Below, piece after piece: positions 47,343-56,806 of a stretch of DNA of 64,000 nt (the stretch's first letter is position 1; each line of letters starts with the position of its first letter). Source of the DNA: Candidatus Omnitrophota bacterium (lineage in GTDB: Bacteria > Omnitrophota > Omnitrophia > Omnitrophales > Aquincolibacteriaceae); assembly GCA_030698625.1 (NCBI GenBank), contig JAUYMS010000040.1, positions 21,499-85,498 of the forward strand. Direction: 5' to 3'. The notes beneath the pieces are model-generated. The model did no database searches, was not told the DNA's origin, and was given only the letters and a program-made list of their open reading frames with translations. Made by a program: the position numbers and the translations under genes.

Positions 47343-49261
47343 AATTTGATGCAAAGAAACTTAAAGTAAATCCTCAGCAGGTCTACGAGCATATGCAAAA
47401 GGAAAGCGTCCCGTGTAATATCTGCGGGGCTGAGAACCTCATCGATGTCCTCGATCGCGACCGATACGGGATGGGCATTAAAACAGTAATTTGCGAATCC
47501 TGTGGTTTTCTCTTCACGAGCCCGCGGCCGGTTCCCGCCGCGATGAGCGAATTCTACCGAACGACTTACCGGAAATTTTATACGGGAACGAAGAACCCCA
47601 AAAAGGAGTACGAGGATAAGCTCCATGTGCAAAAGAGGGAATGGCTGTACGAGCGCGTTAAGGGGCATATCGAGAAGCGCGGAAAGAAAAACCCGAAAAT
47701 CCTTGATGTCGGATGCGGTGCAGGTGCACTGCTTAACGTCTTCCGCAGAAATCTTCCCGACAGTGAACTCCATGGTGTGGAACCGACCCCTGAGTTTGCG
47801 CGTTATGCCCAGGAAAGGAATGGCGCCACGGTCTATAATGGAGGTGTCGCCGAGTTCTTCCATGAGCACCGGGGACTGCAAGGCTCGTTCGATGTCATTA
47901 CGCTTTATCACGTCCTTGAGCATCTTTATAACCCTGCGGATTTTCTCATCACCCTCAGAGATTTTCTTGTGCCCGGAGGCCTTTTGCTCATCCAGGTCCC
48001 GAATGCACTTTCTCCCCACTGGCAGAACGCCATTCAAATGTTCCACATCGCTCATATCAGCCACTTTAGCCTCTCGACACTCCGGCATGCCTACCAAGTA
48101 GCCGGTTTTCGCGTCCTTTACGAATTCGATGGGCCGCATCCCGGCAATCCGCGCGCGTTAACCCTTTTGGGCGAAAAGACGGACTCGCTATTACCGAAAG
48201 CAGACATCCCGCGGTTGACTGCGGACCGGGTTCAATCAATCACCAAATCAATTCGGGAAAGCGCCGCACCTCTCGAAGGTGTCAGTTTTGCCCGCCAATT
48301 TCTTCTCACTTATAAACGAAAGGGCGTCACGGAGGCTTTACGCGGACTCGCAGGTTACGCCAAACACAAAGTGCGGAAGTTCGCCATGAAGATGGAAGAA
48401 CTTTTTGGAAATTTCAAGCACCGCGGCATCAAGTACGGATTCGAAAAGCTTTGTTTCTATTTCGCGCAAAACGCCCTAAAAATCGCAAGGCTCGCGAAAA
48501 AGGCAGTCGTGTTCACCTACGGTTCGGCTCGAATTTCTGCAGCTTGGTCTTTACACCATCTTACCAATGACGCTCCGCTCCGAAAACTCATCCGGGGTAG
48601 GCGTGTCCTCATCCTTGGTTCAGGCCCGTCAGCGAAAGAGCTCGGCGATATCCCTGATGACGTGCTTATTTTTACCTGCAACGCAGGATTGCGCCTCTTG
48701 CGCGAGCGCGGCATAGACCGTCCGGTAGATCTCTACCTATGCCGCAAGAAGGCCATGACCGCCGATTATCCGGATATTGAGGGCCTCCTTGCCGAACAGA
48801 AAGCGAACGTCTACGTCATGGACGATGCCCGTTATGTCAAAACCAAAAAATCCTTAAAAGGGGCTTATGAGATCTTACTCCCGGACCATCAGAAAGATAA
48901 TTTTTACCTCAATAAACTCATGAAGCCGGATTCGATGCGCTTTATCCGCGAAGATGAGGTAACCTGGACCTCGGCAGGCATAAGGCTGCTCCAGTATGCC
49001 CTCTACTTCAAAGCAAGCGGCATCTTCATGATTGGGATCGACCTCAGCAACAATGGGTATTTCTGGGGCCCTGACTATGCCCACAGATTACCGACTGAGA
49101 AGAAAGGGCATAAGCACTCCATCGATTTCAATTTTCTGCGCTTCATGGCAAGGCGACATCCCAATCTATACTCGCTGTCGCCCTCGAGCCCTGTCTCGAG
49201 CCATCTCCCGTGCAGAAACTTCGATATGACAAGCCCGACCCTGGCAGGCTCGATTCTATGA
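47339..49261 (+). CDS. Fusion: Zn-ribbon + class I SAM methyltransferase (N-terminal) and CstII/GT42- or DUF115-like glycosyltransferase domain (C-terminal); paralog of the ORF at 23669
   Basis: CNICGA...CESCG, ILDVGCGAGAL...LYHVLEHL. C-terminus: RVLILGSGPSA...LIFTCNAG...IFMIGIDLSNNGYFWG...NLYSLS. Confidence 0.6.
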   Translation: MKFDAKKLKVNPQQVYEHMQKESVPCNICGAENLIDVLDRDRYGMGIKTVICESCGFLFTSPRPVPAAMSEFYRTTYRKFYTGTKNPKKEYEDKLHVQKREWLYERVKGHIEKRGKKNPKILDVGCGAGALLNVFRRNLPDSELHGVEPTPEFARYAQERNGATVYNGGVAEFFHEHRGLQGSFDVITLYHVLEHLYNPADFLITLRDFLVPGGLLLIQVPNALSPHWQNAIQMFHIAHISHFSLSTLRHAYQVAGFRVLYEFDGPHPGNPRALTLLGEKTDSLLPKADIPRLTADRVQSITKSIRESAAPLEGVSFARQFLLTYKRKGVTEALRGLAGYAKHKVRKFAMKMEELFGNFKHRGIKYGFEKLCFYFAQNALKIARLAKKAVVFTYGSARISAAWSLHHLTNDAPLRKLIRGRRVLILGSGPSAKELGDIPDDVLIFTCNAGLRLLRERGIDRPVDLYLCRKKAMTADYPDIEGLLAEQKANVYVMDDARYVKTKKSLKGAYEILLPDHQKDNFYLNKLMKPDSMRFIREDEVTWTSAGIRLLQYALYFKASGIFMIGIDLSNNGYFWGPDYAHRLPTEKKGHKHSIDFNFLRFMARRHPNLYSLSPSSPVSSHLPCRNFDMTSPTLAGSIL

Positions 49262-50763
49262 AATTTGTCACCCTCGTAACGCAGGATTATCTCCCAGGGT
49301 TCTATGCGTTAATGCAAAGCATCGCAGACCACGGCGGGCTCGAGCCCTCGGCTAAATTCCTGGTGCTTTACGCCGACGGGCAAGTTCTTCGGCACGCCCC
49401 GCAAATTCGCAAGTTTGGTTTTCAGTTTGAATTTCTGGATATCCACACCCTGGGAAAGGCCCACGCACCGCTTGCCGAACGGGGAAGAAATAAATTCCAA
49501 ATCGCCCTTCAGAAGCTTCTGATTTTTAAGATCCCGTCCGAGGAGAAGCTGTGTTTCATTGATTCCGATATGCTATGCCTCAACTCGCTCGATGGCGTCT
49601 ACGCGATGGAGCACTTTTCCATTGCTCCCGACAAACCCAAAAAGTATCTCCGTGATCGACTGCCCGTTCTAAACACCGGATTCATGGTCTTTAGCCCCTC
49701 GTCGGCCCTTTATGATGAAATCACGGAGTACATCAATCAATCATCGGAGACTTTTGATTGGGGCGATAACGGGGTCTTAAACCACTTCTTCTACGACCGG
49801 AGACCTGAGGAGATACACCTAGTCGATCGCAATTGGAACATGCGTAAAAAGGCAATGATCCATCAGCCTAAAAGCTTCGATCTTAAAAAGATTCGGCTGC
49901 TCCATTTTGTCGGCAACAACCCCTGGACTCACTTCGCCGGATTTCTGGCTGTTATGGCCTATGAGCGCGACTATCTCTCGCTCAATATACTCTGGTGGAA
50001 CTACTATCTTCGGTCTCAACTTGCGGCAGGCTTTCTGCCCGCATCCAAAGCGCTTATCGCCAGCATCCCTGCCGGCTTTATTGGGGCGGCAGTTAGCTTT
50101 CTCGATTTTTTTAAATTCGCGGCGGGAAACCGTATCAGCTCTTGGCTTGAGGCGAATCTAAAGAGTCTCTGGGCCAATACTGTCAAATATGCCCGGATTA
50201 AGTATACTCGCAAGATTCCCGCCAGGCAGGATTTTCCGCTGCTTTTGAGATCACTCAAGGCACAGGGGAAGGGCGTAGAGATCGGTGTGGCTCAGGGACG
50301 TTTTTCAGAATTCCTCCTAAAAAGCGGTGAGATTTCCCATCTCGTGTGCATCGACCCATGGAAGGAACAATCCCCGGACGTCTATCAGGATGTGAATCAC
50401 GTCTCAGATGAGGAATATGAACGCCGCTACTGGAATGTCTCGCAGCGCCTAAAGAAGTACGGAGAGAAAAGCCGGGTCATGCGCATGACATCTGAAGAGG
50501 CCGCGCCTCATTTTGACCGCGAAACCCTCGACTTTGCCTATATCGATGCCAATCACTCGTATGAGGCGGTCAAGCAGGACCTAGAGCTGTGGTGGGACAA
50601 GGTCAAGCCCGGAGGAATTTTCGCCGGTCATGATTACCTGAACGGAAAGTTGCCTGAAGGAAATTTCGGGGTCAGAAGAGCGGTCGACGAATTCGTAGAA
50701 GACCGCAACCTTCAATTGCACGTGACTCGCGAGCGCTGGCCCACGTGGTACGTGATTAAATGA
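49258..50763 (+). CDS. Fusion: GT8 glycosyltransferase domain + class I SAM methyltransferase (Methyltransf_24-like)
   Basis: N-terminus: FVTLVTQDY...CFIDSDM (DxD)...LLHFVGNNPW (GT8 HxxGxxKPW). C-terminus: VEIGVAQGRFS...FAYIDANHSYEAV...GGIFAGHDY. ATG at 49258 overlaps the upstream stop. Confidence 0.65.
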   Translation: MKFVTLVTQDYLPGFYALMQSIADHGGLEPSAKFLVLYADGQVLRHAPQIRKFGFQFEFLDIHTLGKAHAPLAERGRNKFQIALQKLLIFKIPSEEKLCFIDSDMLCLNSLDGVYAMEHFSIAPDKPKKYLRDRLPVLNTGFMVFSPSSALYDEITEYINQSSETFDWGDNGVLNHFFYDRRPEEIHLVDRNWNMRKKAMIHQPKSFDLKKIRLLHFVGNNPWTHFAGFLAVMAYERDYLSLNILWWNYYLRSQLAAGFLPASKALIASIPAGFIGAAVSFLDFFKFAAGNRISSWLEANLKSLWANTVKYARIKYTRKIPARQDFPLLLRSLKAQGKGVEIGVAQGRFSEFLLKSGEISHLVCIDPWKEQSPDVYQDVNHVSDEEYERRYWNVSQRLKKYGEKSRVMRMTSEEAAPHFDRETLDFAYIDANHSYEAVKQDLELWWDKVKPGGIFAGHDYLNGKLPEGNFGVRRAVDEFVEDRNLQLHVTRERWPTWYVIK

Positions 50764-51617
50764 ACCAGGCCACCATCGAAGAAGTGGCATCCTTCTGGAA
50801 CCGTCGTCCGTGCAATGTCCGCCATTCGCCAAAGCCGCGGGGAACTCGCGAATATTTTGAGGAGGTCGAGGCGCGGAAATACTTCGTCGAACCGCATATC
50901 CCTCGTTTTGCAAAATTTGACGAATGGAAGGGTAAAACGGTACTCGAGATCGGCTGCGGCCTGGGGACTGACACCGTCCATTTTGCCAGAGCCGGAGCCA
51001 GGGTGACGGCAGTGGATATTTCCGATCAATCCCTGGAACTCGCTAGGAAGCATGTAGACGTCTTCGGGCTTTCTGATCGCGTGTCTTTTTATCACGCGGA
51101 TGCCGAGAAACTCACGGATGTAATTTCGCCCCAACCTTTTGATTTGGTCTACTCCTTCGGCGTCATTCATCACACGCCCAATCCCGAACGGGTGATTCAG
51201 CAAATCAGAGAAAATTACGTAGAACCGGCGAGCGTGCTGAAGCTGATGGTGTATTACCGCTATGCCTACAAGGTTATTATGATTCTATTGAAGGAGGGCA
51301 GAGGGGCCTTCTGGCGACTGGACGAGCTCGTGGCCCGTCATTCTGAAGCCCAGACTGGCAGCCCCGTCACTTATCTCTATTCACGCCGCCAAATGCGACA
51401 CCTCTTAGAGGGCTTTCGAATCGAAGAAATGGGGGTGGAACACATTTTCCCTTACCGTGTCGCCGAGTATAAGAATTACCGCTACGTCAAATCCTGGCCC
51501 TTTAACTTTCTGTCGAGCGGCGTCACTCGCTGGATCGAGAGTGTTCTGGGTTGGCACCTTTGCGTAACTGCCCGGCCTTGCGCTTCAAACGACTCCAGAG
51601 CGTCAGCTTCTTTTTAG
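50760..51617 (+). CDS. Class I SAM methyltransferase (Methyltransf_11/25-like)
   Basis: VLEIGCGLGTD...VDISDQSL...FDLVYSFGVIHH. The 3' end overlaps the convergent gene by ~95 nt, so it may be over-extended. Confidence 0.65.
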   Translation: MNQATIEEVASFWNRRPCNVRHSPKPRGTREYFEEVEARKYFVEPHIPRFAKFDEWKGKTVLEIGCGLGTDTVHFARAGARVTAVDISDQSLELARKHVDVFGLSDRVSFYHADAEKLTDVISPQPFDLVYSFGVIHHTPNPERVIQQIRENYVEPASVLKLMVYYRYAYKVIMILLKEGRGAFWRLDELVARHSEAQTGSPVTYLYSRRQMRHLLEGFRIEEMGVEHIFPYRVAEYKNYRYVKSWPFNFLSSGVTRWIESVLGWHLCVTARPCASNDSRASASF

Positions 51618-52572
51618 CCGGCGCATCCTTCGTTTTATTTACCCGAAGTACAAACTTCTTCTTCACGACGTCATAGATCGCTTCAAATTCGTTCGCGGTC
51701 AAGAAAGGGAAGGGTCTTTCTCCTGATAGCCGCACGTTTTTTCTTGCCGCAAACGTCATGGCGTGACGCTTTCCCGGCGCGTAAGTGTCTGTAAATTCAT
51801 CCAAAACCTCAAAGCCAGCCTGCGTCAGAGCCCGCCGTAAGGTGCTAGGAATAAACTGGCTCACGTGGTCTATGTGCACTTTCTTTATGGGAGCGTCACA
51901 ATCGCGATGAAGAATATTCGGAACTTCGACAACAAGCAGACCTCCATCGGTCAAAAATTCACCGATTTCGCGCAGTTTTTGGACCGGATTATACATGTGT
52001 TCCAGGACGTGTACCAACGTGACAACATCCATCCGCCTATTGAGTGGCGTCTTGTAATGATTTAGTGCATGACATTGACCGCTAAAAATTTTGGCCCTGG
52101 TGTTTTCCCGTGCATAAGCCGCAAACGAATCCGTAGGCTCGATACCATACAGCTCCGCGGCAGGGAGCGATTGTCCAAGTAGATTGAGGAGAATTCCGGA
52201 AGCACAGCCGACATCCAGAATACGTATGTCTTCTGCCTGTCTGCCCCTGAGGTGCCGCAACGTAAAGTCACATATCCACTTTGCGCGCTTGTACACGCGA
52301 GAATCGGGGTTATAGTCCTTTGCCGGATCGCTAGCGCCTGTATAGAAGCCGCGATATGTTGTGCGGTAAAATGCGAGCATTTCCTTTTCAGTGGGGCGGG
52401 GATTGGTAAATATGAATCCGCATCTGCCGCAGATCACCGTTCTCAGAGGCATCCCGTTCTTGTCTAGATCAAGAATTTCTACCTGCTGGCGCGAGTCGCA
52501 GAGACTACAAGGAACGTCTTCCTTTTGCATTTGTTCATACAAACTTCGATGTTCTTCGCGCGTAAGCTTCAT
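51523..52572 (-). CDS. Zn-ribbon + class I SAM methyltransferase (paralog of the N-terminal domains of the ORFs at 23669 and 47339)
   Basis: CSLCDS...CGRCG, ILDVGCASGIL...LVHVLEHM. Confidence 0.65.
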   Translation of the reverse strand: MKLTREEHRSLYEQMQKEDVPCSLCDSRQQVEILDLDKNGMPLRTVICGRCGFIFTNPRPTEKEMLAFYRTTYRGFYTGASDPAKDYNPDSRVYKRAKWICDFTLRHLRGRQAEDIRILDVGCASGILLNLLGQSLPAAELYGIEPTDSFAAYARENTRAKIFSGQCHALNHYKTPLNRRMDVVTLVHVLEHMYNPVQKLREIGEFLTDGGLLVVEVPNILHRDCDAPIKKVHIDHVSQFIPSTLRRALTQAGFEVLDEFTDTYAPGKRHAMTFAARKNVRLSGERPFPFLTANEFEAIYDVVKKKFVLRVNKTKDAPAKKKLTLWSRLKRKAGQLRKGANPEHSRSSE

Positions 52573-53642
52573 ATAGCAAGCAGCCTTTGCAATCCCGACT
52601 TGATGGCGGGCCGGTCATCTAGCAGAGCCGTATGTGCCCTTCCATGGTAAAAGTCGCGAACTCGGATTGCGATATCATGAATAGGCACAAGCTCAATGTT
52701 TCCCTTAGACTGCAGATTGTGGAGGAAGGCGCGGTGTTTTTCATGAACAAAATGTTCCTCATCAAAAACAATGACATGCGCGCCTGACGAAGCTGCTTCT
52801 GAGACCATGTTGACGCTCTCCGGTGAAACAATCACAATGTCTGATAGACCGAGGATGCCGGCAACTGCGCCAGGGGGATTATACTCTTCCGGAATGACCA
52901 AAAGGCGACAGCGCGGATAGGGCCGCAATTCACTTTTCAGTAAGTCGATAACCGTTGTCGGGGTACGCCGTGAGGCTGTAACCATCATTTCAGCATCCAA
53001 ATTCTCGCACGCTTCCTTGACCTCCGACAAGACTCGAGCGATCATCTCTTCGCTCATGCGGAAGTGCTTATAATCTCCGCCAAGAAGTAAAGCAACTTTG
53101 AAAAGCCGCATCGGGCCAATTTCACGCGCGAGTTGAGCTGCTGATTCTAAAACCCTCTGAGGACTCATGAAATTAATAGAGCCTTCCGTACGAATAACAT
53201 TCGGCAGGTCTTCGACACGGTCGTGGCGGGGGATAATGGCAAGGTCAAATTTACTCAGACCTCGGCGCGGCGTCATCACGACGACAGATTTGGCCCCCAG
53301 GCGGCTCGCCAGCCAACGATTTACATCTGCTGTTCGCTTCCCAAACGCCGAGATAATGATATCTGCAGTCAGTCCGGAAAGTTCGGCATAATCTCGGTCT
53401 GAAACCTGATAGCGAATACATCGGTTGCAGCCGTTACAACGTTTTGCCTGCGGGTGTAGTGCGTAATAAAGGATCTTTGCCGCGAGGGATCGTTTGAACT
53501 TAACGTCTACTTTGTAATCGGTTTGCAGGATGGAGGCGGGTGGATGGCCGGATTCCACGCATGAGTCCTTGAGCATCTGAGCTACGGCTTCGCATTGACG
53601 CGCATGCCCCATGACTCCGTCACCTAAGACAAGAATCTTCAC
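52569..53642 (-). CDS. GT-B-like glycosyltransferase (possibly ELM1/DUF1022 family)
   Basis: Two-domain Rossmann-like layout with LLLGGDYKHFRMSEE in the second half. Weak recognition. Confidence 0.35.
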   Translation of the reverse strand: MKILVLGDGVMGHARQCEAVAQMLKDSCVESGHPPASILQTDYKVDVKFKRSLAAKILYYALHPQAKRCNGCNRCIRYQVSDRDYAELSGLTADIIISAFGKRTADVNRWLASRLGAKSVVVMTPRRGLSKFDLAIIPRHDRVEDLPNVIRTEGSINFMSPQRVLESAAQLAREIGPMRLFKVALLLGGDYKHFRMSEEMIARVLSEVKEACENLDAEMMVTASRRTPTTVIDLLKSELRPYPRCRLLVIPEEYNPPGAVAGILGLSDIVIVSPESVNMVSEAASSGAHVIVFDEEHFVHEKHRAFLHNLQSKGNIELVPIHDIAIRVRDFYHGRAHTALLDDRPAIKSGLQRLLAI

Positions 53643-55585
53643 GCTTTCAAAACACCCTCTTCCTCTTGCGTTTCAACAGCGGTATTACGCTGTCCGTCGA
53701 GCACCTTTTGCGCATCCCAGTACTCGTAGAATGCCCCCTTTTTAGCCAGCAACTTAGTCCACGTCCCTTCCTCGACTACGCAGCCGTCTTCGAGTACGAT
53801 AATCTTGTCGGCACTTGCAACTGTAGACAGGCGGTGCGCTATGACCACACAGGTCTCGTGCTCAGTAAGCTTGTCGATGTCCTGTTGGATCTTCCGCTCG
53901 GTTTTTGTGTCGAGCGCGCTCGTTGCTTCGTCCAGGATCACTAAATCCGCCTTTTTAAGGAAGACGCGCGCTATGGCAATACGCTGTTTCTCACCGCCTG
54001 AAAACTTGGCGCCTTTCTCCCCGACAAGAGTATCCACTCCCTGCGGAAGCCTCTTGGCAAATTCACTGAGTTGGGCATATTCGAGCGCTAGGTTCAACTC
54101 TGCATCCGAAATCTCATGGCGCAGGCCGTACGTTACATTTTCCCTGAGAGTGCCCTGAATGATCATCGGCTCCTGTGTGACAATTGCGATATGTTCGGCC
54201 AGCGAGCGCAGACTGAAGTCGCGTATGTCGACACCGTCCATAAATATAGAGCCCGGTGGGCAGTCATAGAAACGCGCAAGCAGGTGAGCAATAGTCGTTT
54301 TGCCCGCGCCGGTTTTACCCACAATCGCCGTCATTTTCCCTTTTTCAACCACCAAATTTACATTGTGCAGGACCGGACGACCTTTATCGTATCCAAATTG
54401 CAAATTCCGGAACTCGATCGATTTCTGCAGCCCTTCAAAGTTCCGATCGCCGGCTTGTACAAAATATTTGCCTTCATCACTGAGCATCGCCGTTATCCTC
54501 TCCAGACGGCCCGCGCTGCGAGCAATGGAGAGGTTGAGTGTCGCGAATAATGCGAAATTGGGCATTGCGCGCTTAATCAAATAAAAAAGCATCAGGTATT
54601 TCGTGACTTGCGCGGGCCCGTAATTCGGCGCCATCGCAGCCATGACGAAGGCCATTATCAGAAGAAAAGCGATCGTGCTAATGTCCTGAATCGGGCTGAG
54701 CAACAGTTGAAGTTTTTGCGCCTCAAAAGCATCTCTGAGCTCCGTCTCATTTAGTCTCGTAACCTCATCCCGCTCCATGTCTTCTGCCGCATAGGACTTA
54801 ACCAAGGCGATACAACTGACGGCATTATGCAATCGCTGCATAAGATCCAAACGGGAATTCTCGAACCTGATAGAGGCTTCGCGAATCTTACTCGACAAAA
54901 TGTCGGTGATGTAATGGCGCAGGGGGAAAAGCACCAGAGCAACGAGCGTGAGCTGCCATGACAACCAGAACATGATCGCGAGATACACCAAAAGCGAAAG
55001 AGCCTGCGTCAAAAGCTTTACAATCGGCTGCAATTGACCCGTGATCGCCTCAGCCCCCGCGATCACCGTTTGATTAACTTCAACTACCCGGAAACCATCG
55101 AAGTATTGTTTTCCGAAACCGAAAACGCGTTCGACCACCATATGACGCATACGCCCGTTGGCACGCCTCATCTGTTGGCCGATACTCAACGATGAAAAGT
55201 AAGTCATAGCATTCTTGATGACTGTGGCTAAGACAATCATTCCGAGCAGGAGAATAAAATAAGATGTGTTCGATTCAAAAACACCGGGAAACTTGGCTGT
55301 CAGAAATTTTGAGACACCGAGGCGGTCTCCAACCTTAGTGAAGTCTCCCTCGATCAAACCGCGACAAAGCGGGAACAAAAGCGCTATGCCGACCATATTG
55401 AAAAAAACCGAAAACGAAGAGCAGGCAATAGCGAGGAAAAAGTAGCCTGGGATTATCTGCATTTTTTTGAAGAATAAAACAATTAGCTTGAAATGGTCGA
55501 GAAGCCCGGGCGCCTTTATGGACTTGGCCTTATCGATTATTACGCGCGTTTTCAGGTGCGTTAACTCGTGATCGTTAAGTCGCAT
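53639..55585 (-). CDS. Half-type ABC exporter, fused TMD-NBD (MsbA/PglK-like flippase candidate)
   Basis: N-terminal multi-helix TMD. Walker A GKTGAGKTT, signature LSGGEKQRIAIAR, Walker B LVILDEATSALD. 648 aa. Confidence 0.85.
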   Translation of the reverse strand: MRLNDHELTHLKTRVIIDKAKSIKAPGLLDHFKLIVLFFKKMQIIPGYFFLAIACSSFSVFFNMVGIALLFPLCRGLIEGDFTKVGDRLGVSKFLTAKFPGVFESNTSYFILLLGMIVLATVIKNAMTYFSSLSIGQQMRRANGRMRHMVVERVFGFGKQYFDGFRVVEVNQTVIAGAEAITGQLQPIVKLLTQALSLLVYLAIMFWLSWQLTLVALVLFPLRHYITDILSSKIREASIRFENSRLDLMQRLHNAVSCIALVKSYAAEDMERDEVTRLNETELRDAFEAQKLQLLLSPIQDISTIAFLLIMAFVMAAMAPNYGPAQVTKYLMLFYLIKRAMPNFALFATLNLSIARSAGRLERITAMLSDEGKYFVQAGDRNFEGLQKSIEFRNLQFGYDKGRPVLHNVNLVVEKGKMTAIVGKTGAGKTTIAHLLARFYDCPPGSIFMDGVDIRDFSLRSLAEHIAIVTQEPMIIQGTLRENVTYGLRHEISDAELNLALEYAQLSEFAKRLPQGVDTLVGEKGAKFSGGEKQRIAIARVFLKKADLVILDEATSALDTKTERKIQQDIDKLTEHETCVVIAHRLSTVASADKIIVLEDGCVVEEGTWTKLLAKKGAFYEYWDAQKVLDGQRNTAVETQEEEGVLKA

Positions 55586-56687
55586 AAGCTTTCTCCTGCA
55601 TCGCGCATTTTTCTTTAATCACATGCAGGATTCGAGAGAGAACAGGCTCCGGCATTAGGACAGCGCGCACGAAATCCTGAGACTTTCGGATCAGGGCCCG
55701 TCTTTGAATCTCGATCCGTGTGCCACGAACAAACAAGAACCAGTCATCCGCCCTCTTCAGCATAGTAAGAGGTGAATAATTGTCCAGAATGAGCTTCTCA
55801 GCAAACAACGCCACAGGAAGCCCCGCCCGTGCCGCGTCCAACGCGACCGTCGATGGCGTTGTTATGACGGCGTCCGATATTGCCAGAAGACCGGTGGCCG
55901 TAAACGGCTCCCACTGTTTGCGTTTCGGATGGGCAATCACCAGATTCTTTAGACCTCTCAATTCATCATGCGGTTGCCGAACAATCCAGCACTCGTCATG
56001 ATGCGGCTTCACAATAATAGTGGTGTCCGTAAACTTCATTGCCATGCTGCGCAAATGGCACAAAAAAAGGCTGCGCTGTTCAGCATCGAACCGGGTCCAG
56101 TGCAGGTTTTCAAAAACAGAGACAACGTACGGACGATCCGCGGGGTTCTCAAACTTAGGCGGCGAAACCATAATATCCTTCGGACAGCCGACAGGGATGC
56201 AGCGTGCCTTCACGCCGGCTTTCACACTGGGGTGAAGGCGTTCCAAACTCCCCCAAGTAAGAATATGTTGGGAAGCAAAATCGGTTGTTTCCGCGGGGAA
56301 ATCATTATCAAAATAGGTCAGGCCGATATTTTCGTAACCATGTTGCAGCGTGAAAGTGGCGATTCCGGACTGGTTCGCTCGGGCGACCAGACGATGCGGA
56401 GCCAGATGGGCACTTGCCGTCGACTCACAAGCAACTACCAAGGCCATAACATTGTCAAGGGGCGGGGCAAAGCCAACGAGAATGTCGCGGCGAGGGACTT
56501 TAGTAAGCGGAAGGTCTAGCGCTTTAAGGCTCTTTCCAACCCGAGGAGAATGCTGGAGCAGGCGGTCTGTGACGCAGACTACGGGGGAAAGGCTCTTCTC
56601 AAACCGGGTTTCACGGACCAGGGGAAGGAGCAAATCGAGGTCTTGCACTAGATCAAATAGATACAATATGTTACGCGAATGGTTCAC
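55575..56687 (-). CDS. Hypothetical protein (possible glycosyl- or phosphotransferase), first gene of the minus-strand sub-operon
   Basis: 370-aa ORF with no confident motif. 11-nt overlap with the downstream ABC gene. Confidence 0.3.
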   Translation of the reverse strand: MNHSRNILYLFDLVQDLDLLLPLVRETRFEKSLSPVVCVTDRLLQHSPRVGKSLKALDLPLTKVPRRDILVGFAPPLDNVMALVVACESTASAHLAPHRLVARANQSGIATFTLQHGYENIGLTYFDNDFPAETTDFASQHILTWGSLERLHPSVKAGVKARCIPVGCPKDIMVSPPKFENPADRPYVVSVFENLHWTRFDAEQRSLFLCHLRSMAMKFTDTTIIVKPHHDECWIVRQPHDELRGLKNLVIAHPKRKQWEPFTATGLLAISDAVITTPSTVALDAARAGLPVALFAEKLILDNYSPLTMLKRADDWFLFVRGTRIEIQRRALIRKSQDFVRAVLMPEPVLSRILHVIKEKCAMQEKAYAT

Positions 56688-56739
56688 GGCGGTTATCGAA
56701 TCAAGCGCTCCTATTCAAGCTAGGAATTTATCATAAAGT

Positions 56740-56748
56740 TGGTATAAT
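56740..56748 (+). promoter_or_regulatory. Extended -10 element TGgTATAAT in the divergent spacer
   Basis: ttggtataat, read directly. The -35 is weak (ctagga). RBS aagagga precedes the ATG at 56807. Confidence 0.3.
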
Positions 56749-56806
56749 ATCACGGAATTGGGCATTTCACAACTTGTGATAAATAAAGAGGATTCGCTAA
56801 AATTTG

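Noticed and set aside
47315-48139. 274-aa minus-strand ORF inside the methyltransferase-GT42 fusion gene
   Set aside because: Shadow ORF opposite the Zn-ribbon and SAM-binding motifs.
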